This document shows, one piece after another, positions 21,730 through 31,335 of a stretch of DNA of 64,000 nucleotides (positions are counted from its first letter, which is position 1; every line of letters begins with the position of its first letter). A program made the position numbers and the translations under genes. This DNA comes from Pseudomonas sp. F1_0610. GTDB lineage: Bacteria > Pseudomonadota > Gammaproteobacteria > Pseudomonadales > Pseudomonadaceae. The stretch covers positions 37,165 through 101,164 of the forward strand of contig NZ_JAZDRH010000008.1 of the NCBI RefSeq assembly GCF_047470865.1, given 5' to 3'. The notes under the pieces are model-generated. The model was not told the DNA's origin and did not search any database. It saw nothing but the letters and a program-made list of their open reading frames with translations.

Positions 21730-23003
21730 AGCCCAGCATACTTAGGTAGCCACTTAAGCATAGCGAAAACCTGTGAGAAAAACGCCAGCGCTGCAAACAC
21801 CATCACAAAGCCCACCATAAAGTTGCCGCCATATACTCTATAGTTTGCTTTAGGATATTTTTTACGACTTGCAATAACCAGCAATGCAGGCACTAATGCT
21901 GCCCAAATAGCAGCAACAGCGCCCACATATCCCATGGCATTAACAAAGCCTGTAGGTGCCACAATAAAGGCAATATAAGGCGGTAAGAACGTGATCAGTG
22001 CTGCTTTAAAACGTCCACCAGCCGTATTTGCAAACTTAAACATGTCTGCAATGTAGTCAAACAAACCTAAGGTAACACCTAAAAAGGAGCTTGAAATCGC
22101 CATGTAAGCGAAGGCATCTAATAATGTACTAACACCCTTTGTTGAAATGTAAGCCGATAATGCGCCAAGTAGCACTTTTACATCACCATCAGCAGCGATA
22201 ACAGGGGCAAAGTTATTACGTGGTAAATTTCCTTGCACAGCAAACTGCCACAAAATATAAATAACCAGTGATAAAAACGAACCTAGAAAAATACATTTAA
22301 CGATCTTTGCTGTATTACGGTTGTAATAATTAACCAAGCTGGGCACATTGCCATGAAAACCAAATGAAGAAACACAAACAGGTAATGCTACCCAAATATA
22401 CTGCCAATAACTCTGCCCTGAACTCGTGTGGCTATCCAATAATATCGGCAAAGATGCATGACTTAATAAACTGCCGGTAGATAAGAAAAAACTAATAATC
22501 ATGCCACCAATAAGTACGGTAGAAATACGATCTACTGTTTTGGTAGACAGCCATACCAAAAAGCCCAGCACCAACAAAAAGACGCTAGAACCTAGGACTT
22601 CATATACCTTGGTAGGCGTGCCTGTCACAGATGATAGCAGTTTCTCCAGTCCAGCAGCCGTAGCATTACCGCCTACAAAAATATAAGCATAGGTCAGCAT
22701 GTAGAGAGTAAATGCAACAGCTAAGCCTGTAATAATGTTCCAATGCTTGCCTAGCAAATCATTGACAATGGTATGAAAACTGGCACCCGCTTCGTAATTT
22801 AAATTAGCCTCTAAAATCATCAAACCTGAAGTAAACATGCTGAACCACACATACAGCATTAAGACTAACGAGCCTAAAAACCAAACACCCGAGGTTGCAG
22901 TAGGATTAGCCAGCATACCCGCCCCAATAGCGGTGCCCGCAATAATCATTGCGCCGCCTAAAAGTGAAGGATGCTTGTGAGGTGCAGTCGCAGTGTTGGG
23001 CAT
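21726..23003 (-). CDS. aromatic amino acid permease (HAAAP family; TyrP/Mtr/TnaB-like)
   Basis: 425 aa. Alignable by eye along its full length to E. coli TyrP (GAGMLA, FGFHGNVPSLV and GLFDY motifs). Confidence 0.8.
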   Translation of the reverse strand: MPNTATAPHKHPSLLGGAMIIAGTAIGAGMLANPTATSGVWFLGSLVLMLYVWFSMFTSGLMILEANLNYEAGASFHTIVNDLLGKHWNIITGLAVAFTLYMLTYAYIFVGGNATAAGLEKLLSSVTGTPTKVYEVLGSSVFLLVLGFLVWLSTKTVDRISTVLIGGMIISFFLSTGSLLSHASLPILLDSHTSSGQSYWQYIWVALPVCVSSFGFHGNVPSLVNYYNRNTAKIVKCIFLGSFLSLVIYILWQFAVQGNLPRNNFAPVIAADGDVKVLLGALSAYISTKGVSTLLDAFAYMAISSSFLGVTLGLFDYIADMFKFANTAGGRFKAALITFLPPYIAFIVAPTGFVNAMGYVGAVAAIWAALVPALLVIASRKKYPKANYRVYGGNFMVGFVMVFAALAFFSQVFAMLKWLPKYAGL

Positions 23004-23336
23004 AGGTAATTGTGCAGTAACGATAAAAGGCTAAGTGTACCTTGTATTGTTACTGCAATATAGATACAGATGTTTCTGCCTATCAAGCAGGTAATTTGTC
23101 TGTAAACATCTTTATTTTTAGTAGCATTTCCCCATTAATTTTATAACTCAAGAATTTATACTGAACTTCCTTAGTTTTTTACCTAATTCATATAGTTAGC
23201 GACTAATTTAAAAGAAATTTTCACAATAATTGACAAGATTTGTAGTTATATCTAATGTGCTTGCTGGCTTTATACAGCCTATCTTTTTATCCTATTTGTT
23301 GGCCAATATACTCTTATACGGCCCCCAGAAATTGTC

Positions 23337-24035
23337 ATGAAAAATTCAGAGTCATCATCTAACAAACATGAATTTTGGCTAGGCGCTAGCCATTCTATTC
23401 CACTGTGTCTGGCTGTTTTACCTTGGGGTATTTTGGCTGGTTCTATGGCCGTTAGTAACGGTATTAGCGCATTACACAGCATTGCCATGTCAGTATTTAT
23501 TTTTGCCGGCGCAGCACAGTTAGTCACTATTAGTATGCTGGCCGCGGGTAGTGGCTTGCTCGCTATCTGTGTAACTGTATTTATTATTACTGCACAGCAT
23601 TTACTGTATGCGCTTATTTTACGTGAAAATGTCAGCAAAATGCCTGCAAAACAGCGTCTTTCGGTGGGCTTTTTATTAACGGATGAGCTTTTTGCTTTGG
23701 CTGTGGGTAAAAACAAACACAATTACCCATACTTAATAGGTGTAGGCTTAACCTTTTACGTGGCGTGGATTAGTTTTACTGTGCTTGGTGTTGTACTCGC
23801 CTCATCCATTCCTAATCTAGAAAACTATCACTTAGATTTTTCCATTGTGGCCACCTTTGTCGCCATCGTAGTACCTATGATTAAACGCTTAAGCACACTT
23901 GTAGGGGTAGTTATTTCGCTGACATTATCTTTGATCTTAAATAGCCAAGGTGTTAGCGGCGCCATGGTAATTTCTGGCCTAATTGGCATGATTTGTGCCG
24001 TTACTGTGGCGCGTTTAAGAGGTGAAGTGGTATGA
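23337..24035 (+). CDS. azlC: branched-chain amino acid exporter AzlC family
   Basis: 232 aa polytopic membrane protein of the AzlC family. ATGA overlap with the downstream azlD. Confidence 0.75.
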   Translation: MKNSESSSNKHEFWLGASHSIPLCLAVLPWGILAGSMAVSNGISALHSIAMSVFIFAGAAQLVTISMLAAGSGLLAICVTVFIITAQHLLYALILRENVSKMPAKQRLSVGFLLTDELFALAVGKNKHNYPYLIGVGLTFYVAWISFTVLGVVLASSIPNLENYHLDFSIVATFVAIVVPMIKRLSTLVGVVISLTLSLILNSQGVSGAMVISGLIGMICAVTVARLRGEVV

Positions 24036-24343
24036 CATGGCTCTTACTCTTTAGCTTAGCTGCCATTTTGTTTCTAAATAGATACTTATTATTAGAACCT
24101 AGATTACCTATTCGCTTACCTGTTATTGTACGACAAACGCTACATTACTCTGCGCCTTGCTTACTCACTGCTATTTGTGGCCCCATTATTTTAAACAAAG
24201 GTGGACTCAGCGACTTACCCAGCAACCCTTATCTTTATGCTGCTATTTTTAGTATTGCTTGTGCCCTCTTTATTAGAAATATGCTGCTGTCTGTATTGGT
24301 TAGTTTGGCTGGTTTTTATAGTTTGCTGTATTTTTTCTTTTAA
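24032..24343 (+). CDS. azlD: AzlD family membrane protein
   Basis: 103 aa small hydrophobic protein, translationally coupled to azlC. Confidence 0.7.
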   Translation: MTWLLLFSLAAILFLNRYLLLEPRLPIRLPVIVRQTLHYSAPCLLTAICGPIILNKGGLSDLPSNPYLYAAIFSIACALFIRNMLLSVLVSLAGFYSLLYFFF

Positions 24344-24381
24344 TGGTAAGAACCATCAAAATTGCCCTTACCGTTAAACTG

Positions 24382-25029
24382 TTATTGCTGTTGCCACTGA
24401 TTATTATACAGCAGCTCACTTAGCACTTTTTCACTAGCCCAACCTTCTTCAACAAGCATGGGCTTAGAATAAAATTTATCCACCGCGCCAAGGCATAAAA
24501 TGGCTACAGGCTTGCTGCCTAGCGGCATCGCCAGTAGCTGTGCAAGTTGTTGTGGATCGAACAAAGAAACCCAACCCATACCTAGATTTTCCGCACGCGC
24601 TGCTAGCCACATATTTTGAATGGCACAAGCAACAGAGGCTAAATCCATCTCTGGCAAGGTGCGACGACCAAAAATATAAGATTCACGTTTATCCGTTAAT
24701 GCCACCACAATAAGTTCAGCGCACTCGGTAATGCCTTCTACTTTTAACCGCATAAACTCATCGTCACGCTCACCCAATGCCTGCGCTGTTTGTAAGCGCT
24801 CCTGCTCAACAAGATTTTTTATCGCCTTGCGTAAACTTAAATCAGTAATCCGAATAAAACGCCACGGCTGCATTAAGCCTACACTAGGCGCATGATGCGC
24901 TGCTTGTAAAACGCGCGCTAACACTTCTGACTCAACGATACCGCCTGCAAAGTGGCGCATATCACGGCGTTGTTCAATGACTTTATAGATCACCGCTCGT
25001 TCTTGGGCAGAAAATACATGGTTAGACAA
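24382..25029 (-). CDS. nitroreductase-family protein, BluB (5,6-dimethylbenzimidazole synthase)-like
   Basis: 215 aa. N-terminus SAQERAVIYKVIEQRRDMRHF and the nitroreductase fold resemble BluB. Confidence 0.65.
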   Translation of the reverse strand: MSNHVFSAQERAVIYKVIEQRRDMRHFAGGIVESEVLARVLQAAHHAPSVGLMQPWRFIRITDLSLRKAIKNLVEQERLQTAQALGERDDEFMRLKVEGITECAELIVVALTDKRESYIFGRRTLPEMDLASVACAIQNMWLAARAENLGMGWVSLFDPQQLAQLLAMPLGSKPVAILCLGAVDKFYSKPMLVEEGWASEKVLSELLYNNQWQQQ

Positions 25030-25059
25030 GTGTTTCTCCTAAAACCACCTTGAAGCTAC

Positions 25060-25500
25060 TTAAAGTGCCTCTGTAATAGCGACCACAATAATACTTAATG
25101 TAATCATAAACAATAAAATAGAGGCACTCATTTGTTTTATAACATCTGTTTTATCCATTGAGCTGCGTTGCTTAAATTTCTTTTCCAACCTCGTAATATC
25201 AAATACAGCAACAGCTAAAATCACAAAGTATTTGGAAAAAATAGAGACAGCCGATCCTAAGCTAGTTAATACCTGAAACGAAGCAAAAACGTACATAACA
25301 AGCAGCAACAAAATAAAATGTAAAATAACACCCAACATCACCCCTAACATAATTTCAGGTTCTGTTTTCTTCCATTTTAGATAGAGAAAAAGAAAAACAG
25401 GCCCCATTAACGGAATAAGTAACAAAATACTTATGAGTAATAAAATCCCTGCAACTGTTGCTAGTGCAATCATTATGATGTCTGTTGCTTTTGTATCCAT
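25060..25500 (-). CDS. hypothetical membrane protein
   Basis: 146 aa, four hydrophobic helices. Confidence 0.45.
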   Translation of the reverse strand: MDTKATDIIMIALATVAGILLLISILLLIPLMGPVFLFLYLKWKKTEPEIMLGVMLGVILHFILLLLVMYVFASFQVLTSLGSAVSIFSKYFVILAVAVFDITRLEKKFKQRSSMDKTDVIKQMSASILLFMITLSIIVVAITEAL

Positions 25501-25852
25501 TACAACGCCTTACTCAGTCCTTTTATAACTATCAACAAAAAGCCACTGCTAAAGTTGATGGTTAATTATTGGTAGCATTTAAAATGCAAAACCAATTTTA
25601 ATATTTAATTTAAAAGTATTTATACAATAAATTAGCTATACAATTTTTAATAATATAAATAAATCTGCCCAGTATTTTTCATTAAACAACTAAAGTATTT
25701 ACTTTAACCGGACATAGACAACAGACTACTAAAGCAAGATCCCCACTGTCTGTATCAGTATTTTATAAGATTTCTTACCCTTTTATCCCTCGCTTAAGCC
25801 AACTTTCTATAACTCGCAAAACAAATTAGATTTTTAAAAAGCTAATTTTAAG

Positions 25853-25879
25853 TAAAAAAAAGCCCTACAAAGTAGGGCT
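25853..25879 (-). terminator. Rho-independent terminator for the DUF1338 gene
   Basis: AGCCCTAC-aaa-GTAGGGCT. On the minus strand it is followed by TTTTTTTT. Confidence 0.6.
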
Positions 25880-25902
25880 ATAAAAGTTTCAGGGGGATAT
25901 AG

Positions 25903-27297
25903 TTATAATGTTACTTTTAGCGCACTTAGCGCTTGCTCAAGCGAGCGTTGCTGCGTTTGTGCATACAGCGCTAGTTCATTGAGTACCTTAGCTCCAAGTG
26001 CTTGCTCAAATTTTTCTTGGCTAGACATCTCTACATAGTTTGTTTGCGCACCTTCGCCTAAGTTCGACTGGAAAATGCCAGCCGCACTCACAGGTAAAAA
26101 GTCCTCATAAACCAGTGGTTCATACTCTAAGTAACCCGCTTCGATCAGCGCTTCAACCGAGGTTAGCTGAGCTGCCTGTGCTGTTTCAGCTAAGCCTTTT
26201 TCGCTCGCAAAATAACGGAAGAAACCAAGTTCTTGCTGACGAATAGCTGGGTACGTATCAGGGAATGCTTGGAAGTGCTGCTGCATAAGCTCAACGTAAC
26301 GCTCGGCATTGCTTTCATCAGGGAACGCGCCAAGCTCTTTACGTGCCGCATTCAGCAGTTGGTCATACAGCGCGCGACCTTTTGGCGTTAACGCCATGCC
26401 ACGCTGTTCAATTTCACCAAAGCGTGCTGTGTGGCTGCCCGAAGCAGTACCTTGCTCGCCTATATAGGCTACTTTTTCTTGTAGTGCTTTAAAGCTGGTT
26501 TGACGCAGCAAAATAGCGCAATTACGGCGCGGTGGGCCTTCAATTACGGCTTTTGGCGGAATGTTACGCGCACTCATACCTAGCTGCACATCATCAATAT
26601 CTAATGTGCGTGGCGTTAAGTGGTTAATGTGCGGGCCTTTAAATGCCACAATATCAGCAATTAAGCGATGCGTATCATGCAGCTCTTGGTACTGCTGTGC
26701 CGTTACTGTTGCCTCTGTGTGCCAACGGAAAGTTTCTAACGCTTGTTGTACGAACTCATCAGCATCAGTCTCGTTTAACCCACCTTGTGCCTCAAATTGC
26801 TCAATAAGAGCAATGGCTTTATCTGTAAAAATATTGCGTTTGGCTAGCACTTCTTCTGCCATTTGGCGAAGCTGCGCATTATCAATCAAGTCTAAACGCA
26901 GTAATGATGTAAAGACGCGAAATGGGCTTACTTGCAGTGATTTTTCATGAACTGCACGAAAAGCTGTTGAATGAACAGGTACGCCCGCAGGTGTTAAATC
27001 ATAGTAACCCACTGCCTGCATGCCCATTACTGCAAATAAACGGCGCATAGTAGTCAGTTCTTCAACCTTACCTAAACGAATAGCGCCATGGCGTTCTTCA
27101 TTTAAGCGCTCCATTTCGCCTGTTCTTTCTAGGCGCTGAGCTACGTCTGGCTGAGTATCAAGTACATGCTTATTCACATCCTGTACTAGTTCAACAAGCG
27201 AGCCATATAAAGGCACTTCAGTCTGATACATGTCAGACATGGCTTGCGCAAACTTAGCACGAATTAAATCTGGGCTGATAAAGGCTTGCTGGTTCAT
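25903..27297 (-). CDS. DUF1338 protein (YdcJ/HglS family; 2-oxoadipate dioxygenase/decarboxylase-like)
   Basis: MNQQAFISPDLIRAKFAQAMSDMYQTEVPLYGSLVELV parallels the E. coli YdcJ N-terminus. Internal ATG preceded by GGTGGGA chosen over the upstream TTG start. Confidence 0.8.
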   Translation of the reverse strand: MNQQAFISPDLIRAKFAQAMSDMYQTEVPLYGSLVELVQDVNKHVLDTQPDVAQRLERTGEMERLNEERHGAIRLGKVEELTTMRRLFAVMGMQAVGYYDLTPAGVPVHSTAFRAVHEKSLQVSPFRVFTSLLRLDLIDNAQLRQMAEEVLAKRNIFTDKAIALIEQFEAQGGLNETDADEFVQQALETFRWHTEATVTAQQYQELHDTHRLIADIVAFKGPHINHLTPRTLDIDDVQLGMSARNIPPKAVIEGPPRRNCAILLRQTSFKALQEKVAYIGEQGTASGSHTARFGEIEQRGMALTPKGRALYDQLLNAARKELGAFPDESNAERYVELMQQHFQAFPDTYPAIRQQELGFFRYFASEKGLAETAQAAQLTSVEALIEAGYLEYEPLVYEDFLPVSAAGIFQSNLGEGAQTNYVEMSSQEKFEQALGAKVLNELALYAQTQQRSLEQALSALKVTL

Positions 27298-27617
27298 AAA
27301 GATTCCCACCATCAACAACTATTCGTTATTAGTAGTTGGCACATAAAGTGCCTTTTGGCGCCATGATGCGCACTCATGCAGGAACACACAAACGAAGTTT
27401 TTTGGCTACTTCATTCAAAAAAGGAATAGATAGCTAAAACCTAAGCCAGATAGCCAGCTTGTAATATAAGTATATATTTTCCAGTGTAAACAGCTAATCC
27501 TAAGGTCTAATGCGAATTTTAGGAATGACTCAAGCACTTAATTTCGCTTGTACCCTACTGCACTTCTTAGTTTCATAGCCAACATTCAAATATAACATCA
27601 AGAACTAAGGACGCTTT

Positions 27618-28862
27618 ATGACACAGCCTTCCATCAGTTCAGCTATTGGCATTGTGCACCCTATTACAGTTGACCACGGTAAAAACGCACAAGTGTGGGA
27701 TACCGAAGGTAAGCGCTATATCGACTTTATTGGCGGTATTGGCGTGTTAAACCTTGGTCATTGCAACCCAAAGGTAGTTGAAGCCATTATTGAGCAAAGC
27801 CAAAAAATGACGCATTCAGCGTTTAATGCTTTGCCTCACGCACCTTATAAAAAATTAATGAATAAACTGGCTGAGTTTATTCCTGTGAGTTATCCGATTA
27901 GTGGCATGCTAACTAATAGCGGTGCAGAAGCAGCGGAAAACGCACTAAAAATCGTACGTGGAGCTACTGGTCGTAATGTCGTTGTGGCATTTGATGGTGG
28001 TTTTCATGGACGTACCTTAGCCACACTAAACCTAAACGGTAAGGTTGCGCCCTACAAACAAAAACTAGGCGTATTACCAGGTCCAGTTTACCACGTACCT
28101 TATCCAAGCATCGACAATGGCATTACGTTCGAGCAAGCCATGCAGGCGATTGAGCGGTTGTTCAGTGTTGAAGTGGATATTAACGAGGTAGGCTGCTTCA
28201 TCTTTGAACCTATTCAAGGTGAAGGTGGCTTTACACCAATGCTGCCCGAATTTGCCCAAGCCTTGCGTGCTTATTGTGATCAACATGGCATTTTAATTAT
28301 TTGCGATGAGATCCAATCTGGCTTTGGTCGTACTGGTACTCGCTTCGCCTTTACTCATTTAGGTATTGAACCTGACTTGCTGTTAATGGCAAAGAGTATG
28401 GGCGGTGGTATGCCAATTGGTGCGGTGATGGGTCGAAAAGAGCTAGTAGATGCACTACCCAAAGGCGGCCTAGGTGGTACCTACTCAGGCAATCCTGTGG
28501 CCTGTGCTGCTGCTCTAGCTTCGATCGAACAAATGAGCGATGAAAACCTAGCTACTTGGGGTCAACAACAAGAAGCTATCATCATTGAATACTATGAAAA
28601 ATGGAAAGCCATGCAACTACCTTATGTAGGGCGCCTAACAGGTGTTGGTTGCATGCGCGGTATTGAGTTAACCACCCCAGAAGGCAAGCCTGCTTCTGCT
28701 CAACTAGGGCAACTCCTAGAAAAAGCACGCGAGCGCGGCTTACTGCTAATGCCAAGTGGTAAATACCGCCATATTATTCGCCTGTTAGCACCACTGACCA
28801 TAGAGCCAGAGCTAATGCGTGAAGGTATGGAGATTTTCCAAACTTGCCTTGCCGAGCTTTAA
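27618..28862 (+). CDS. class-III (GabT/DavT-like) PLP-dependent aminotransferase
   Basis: 414 aa. Aminotran_3 fold with the PLP-lysine region (ICDEIQSGFGRTG...LLMAKSMGGG). Confidence 0.8.
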   Translation: MTQPSISSAIGIVHPITVDHGKNAQVWDTEGKRYIDFIGGIGVLNLGHCNPKVVEAIIEQSQKMTHSAFNALPHAPYKKLMNKLAEFIPVSYPISGMLTNSGAEAAENALKIVRGATGRNVVVAFDGGFHGRTLATLNLNGKVAPYKQKLGVLPGPVYHVPYPSIDNGITFEQAMQAIERLFSVEVDINEVGCFIFEPIQGEGGFTPMLPEFAQALRAYCDQHGILIICDEIQSGFGRTGTRFAFTHLGIEPDLLLMAKSMGGGMPIGAVMGRKELVDALPKGGLGGTYSGNPVACAAALASIEQMSDENLATWGQQQEAIIIEYYEKWKAMQLPYVGRLTGVGCMRGIELTTPEGKPASAQLGQLLEKARERGLLLMPSGKYRHIIRLLAPLTIEPELMREGMEIFQTCLAEL

Positions 28863-28896
28863 ATTAACCATTAAAAGCTCCAGTGGCAGATACGCC

Positions 28897-29793
28897 TTAC
28901 CGGCTTTCTGCCACTTTCTGCTGTATCCAGTCCACAAAAAGTGCGATTTTTGGCACTTTCGCTGTATTTTCTAAGAACGCAATGTAATGCGCACCATGGC
29001 TAGGCAATGCAAACTGCCATGGAATGACTAGCTTGCCTTCCTGTAGCTCGTCCATCACCATAAATTTTGGAATAAGTGCAATACCGCAGCCTGCTTGCGC
29101 GGCACGAATGCACATATAGAAGGTATCAAAGCGCGGCCCATGATAGCTATTTAAGCTATGCAGCCCTTGAGCTAAAAACCATTCATGCCAAGATTCAGGG
29201 CGAGAAGTACATTGCAACAACTCAAGTTTAGTTAAATCTTGGGCGCTATGAATTAGTTTTCCTTGCAGAATTTCTGGAGCACAGACAGGCACAATTTCTT
29301 CTTCAAACAATTTAAGACACGTCGAGCCAGGCCAAATACCCTTGCCAAAATAGAACGCCACATCGGCTTTAGCATGCAAAATTTCTAGAGGTTCAAGCTG
29401 ATTGTGGATATCTAAATGAATATTAGGATGTGCTTCGCCAAAACCTTTTAAATTTGGAATTAACCAACGTGCGCCAAAGGTAGGTGGGACAGCCACACGT
29501 AAGACTTCTGTAGCACCGCCATAAGAAAGAATATAGCGACTCGACATATCCATTTGGTTGAGGATTTTATTTACTTCTGTCAGATATAAAGCACCTGCTG
29601 GTGTTAGCTGTAACCGCCGCCGAATACGCTCAAAAAGCTGATTACGCAGCATATCTTCTAATTGTGCAACCTGTTTACTTACCGCGCTTTGGGTTAGATG
29701 CAGTTCTTCTGCCGCACGTGTAAAGCTCAAATGACGAGCCGCTGCCTCAAAGCACTCAAGCGATTTTATAGAAGGTATTAAGCGTTTATTCAT
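28897..29793 (-). CDS. LysR-family transcriptional regulator, GcvA-like
   Basis: N-terminus LPSIKSLECFEAAARHLSFTRAAEELHLTQSAVSKQV is GcvA-like. Confidence 0.8.
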   Translation of the reverse strand: MNKRLIPSIKSLECFEAAARHLSFTRAAEELHLTQSAVSKQVAQLEDMLRNQLFERIRRRLQLTPAGALYLTEVNKILNQMDMSSRYILSYGGATEVLRVAVPPTFGARWLIPNLKGFGEAHPNIHLDIHNQLEPLEILHAKADVAFYFGKGIWPGSTCLKLFEEEIVPVCAPEILQGKLIHSAQDLTKLELLQCTSRPESWHEWFLAQGLHSLNSYHGPRFDTFYMCIRAAQAGCGIALIPKFMVMDELQEGKLVIPWQFALPSHGAHYIAFLENTAKVPKIALFVDWIQQKVAESR

Positions 29794-30114
29794 AACGGGC
29801 CTGACACTGGCAAGAAGGCTATCCTTTCCTACAAAAATAATATGTTACCTCTAGAGAGGCGCTAAAAGCACTTTAGCACTACAGATAAATCTAGCGGCAA
29901 ACCTAATACTAGAGGGATAAAAGAATAAATACATTGTTATCACAGCTTAGCTGTTATAACGCATAATTCATCTAAAGCCATTACCCTGTTTTAGTTATTC
30001 CTATAATAGCGGAGTGGATTAAATAGCACTACAGACGAAAAATTCCGTTGCAGAAAATTGCCTAAAATTAAGGCGATAGTGCCACAAAGTAGCAAAGGCG
30101 CTTTTGCGCCTTTG

Positions 30115-31335
30115 CTAACCTTTCACACAGACTACTTGGCGTAATGTATGCACAATTTCCACAAGGTCAGATTGTGCTTTCATCACGGCGTCAATGTCTT
30201 TATAAGCCATAGGTGTTTCGTCAATAACATCTTCGTCTTTTCGACACTCCACATGAGCCGTTGCCTTTTTATGGTCATCAATACTGAACACCGATTTTGC
30301 TTTGGTGCGACTCATAACACGGCCAGCACCATGGCTGCATGAGCAAAAGCTTTCTTGGTTACCTAAGCCGCGCACAATAAAGCTTTTTGCGCCCATGGAG
30401 CCAGGAATAATACCCAACTGTCCAGATCGCGCAGAAACGGCACCTTTACGGGTTACTAGCACATTCTCACCAAAGTGATTTTCACGTTGCACATAGTTAT
30501 GGTGGCAGTTCACTGCCTCTAAACGACTGACAAAGGGTTTAGTGATAACTGATGCCACTGCCGCCAATGTATGTTCCATCATAATTTCACGGTTTACACG
30601 GGCGAAGTTTTGCGCCCAGTCGACTGCTTCAATGTAGTCATCAAAGTAGCTTGTACCTTCTGGCAAGTACGCTAAGTCTTTATCGGGCAAGTTAATCATG
30701 TAGCGTTCCATTTCTTGACGCGCCAGCCCAATAAAGTGTGTACCAATAGCATTACCAACACCGCGTGAACCGCTATGCAGCATTACCCAAACAGTGTTTT
30801 CTTCATCCAAACACAGCTCAATAAAGTGATTCCCTGTTCCCAATGTACCAAGGTGCTTATGGTTATTGGTTTTCGCTAAATGAGGGTACTTTTGCGTTAT
30901 TTGCTCAAACTTTGGTAATAACGCTGCCCATTGTTCATCAATATAGTTTGAGGTTTTATTCCAAGCACCTACATCACGGCGAGAACGTCCAGCGGAACGT
31001 CCGTGAGGTACCGCCTTCTCAATGGCAGAGCGGATTGCAAATAGATTATCTGGTAAATCACTCGCGGTTAATGAAGTGCGTACTGCCATCATTCCACAAC
31101 CAATATCTACACCAACGGCTGCTGGAATAATAGCGCCCTTGGTTGGAATCACGCTGCCAATGGTTGAGCCTTTTCCTAAGTGTACATCTGGCATGACTGC
31201 CAAGTGCTTAAAGATAAATGGCATACGAGCTGTGTTTAACAACTGCTCTTTGGCTTTATCTTCAACTGGCACGCCATTGGTCCACATACGGATAGGGGCG
31301 CCGCCTTTTTCAAACAAGACTTCATGGTTAATCAT
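30115..31335 (-). CDS. rtcB: RNA-splicing ligase RtcB (3'-phosphate/5'-hydroxyl RNA ligase)
   Basis: 406 aa. Near-identical blocks to E. coli RtcB (MPFIFKHLAVMPDVHLGKGSTIGSVIPT, GTGNHFIE, SFCSCSHGAGR, LRQVVCVKG). ATGA overlap with the upstream gene. Confidence 0.95.
   Translation of the reverse strand: MINHEVLFEKGGAPIRMWTNGVPVEDKAKEQLLNTARMPFIFKHLAVMPDVHLGKGSTIGSVIPTKGAIIPAAVGVDIGCGMMAVRTSLTASDLPDNLFAIRSAIEKAVPHGRSAGRSRRDVGAWNKTSNYIDEQWAALLPKFEQITQKYPHLAKTNNHKHLGTLGTGNHFIELCLDEENTVWVMLHSGSRGVGNAIGTHFIGLARQEMERYMINLPDKDLAYLPEGTSYFDDYIEAVDWAQNFARVNREIMMEHTLAAVASVITKPFVSRLEAVNCHHNYVQRENHFGENVLVTRKGAVSARSGQLGIIPGSMGAKSFIVRGLGNQESFCSCSHGAGRVMSRTKAKSVFSIDDHKKATAHVECRKDEDVIDETPMAYKDIDAVMKAQSDLVEIVHTLRQVVCVKG

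Noticed and set aside
30092-30115. Hairpin GCAAAGGCGC-tttt-GCGCCTTTGC at the rtcB stop as a terminator
   Set aside because: It overlaps the stop codon, and no U-tract follows on the minus strand. Uncertain, so not listed as a feature.
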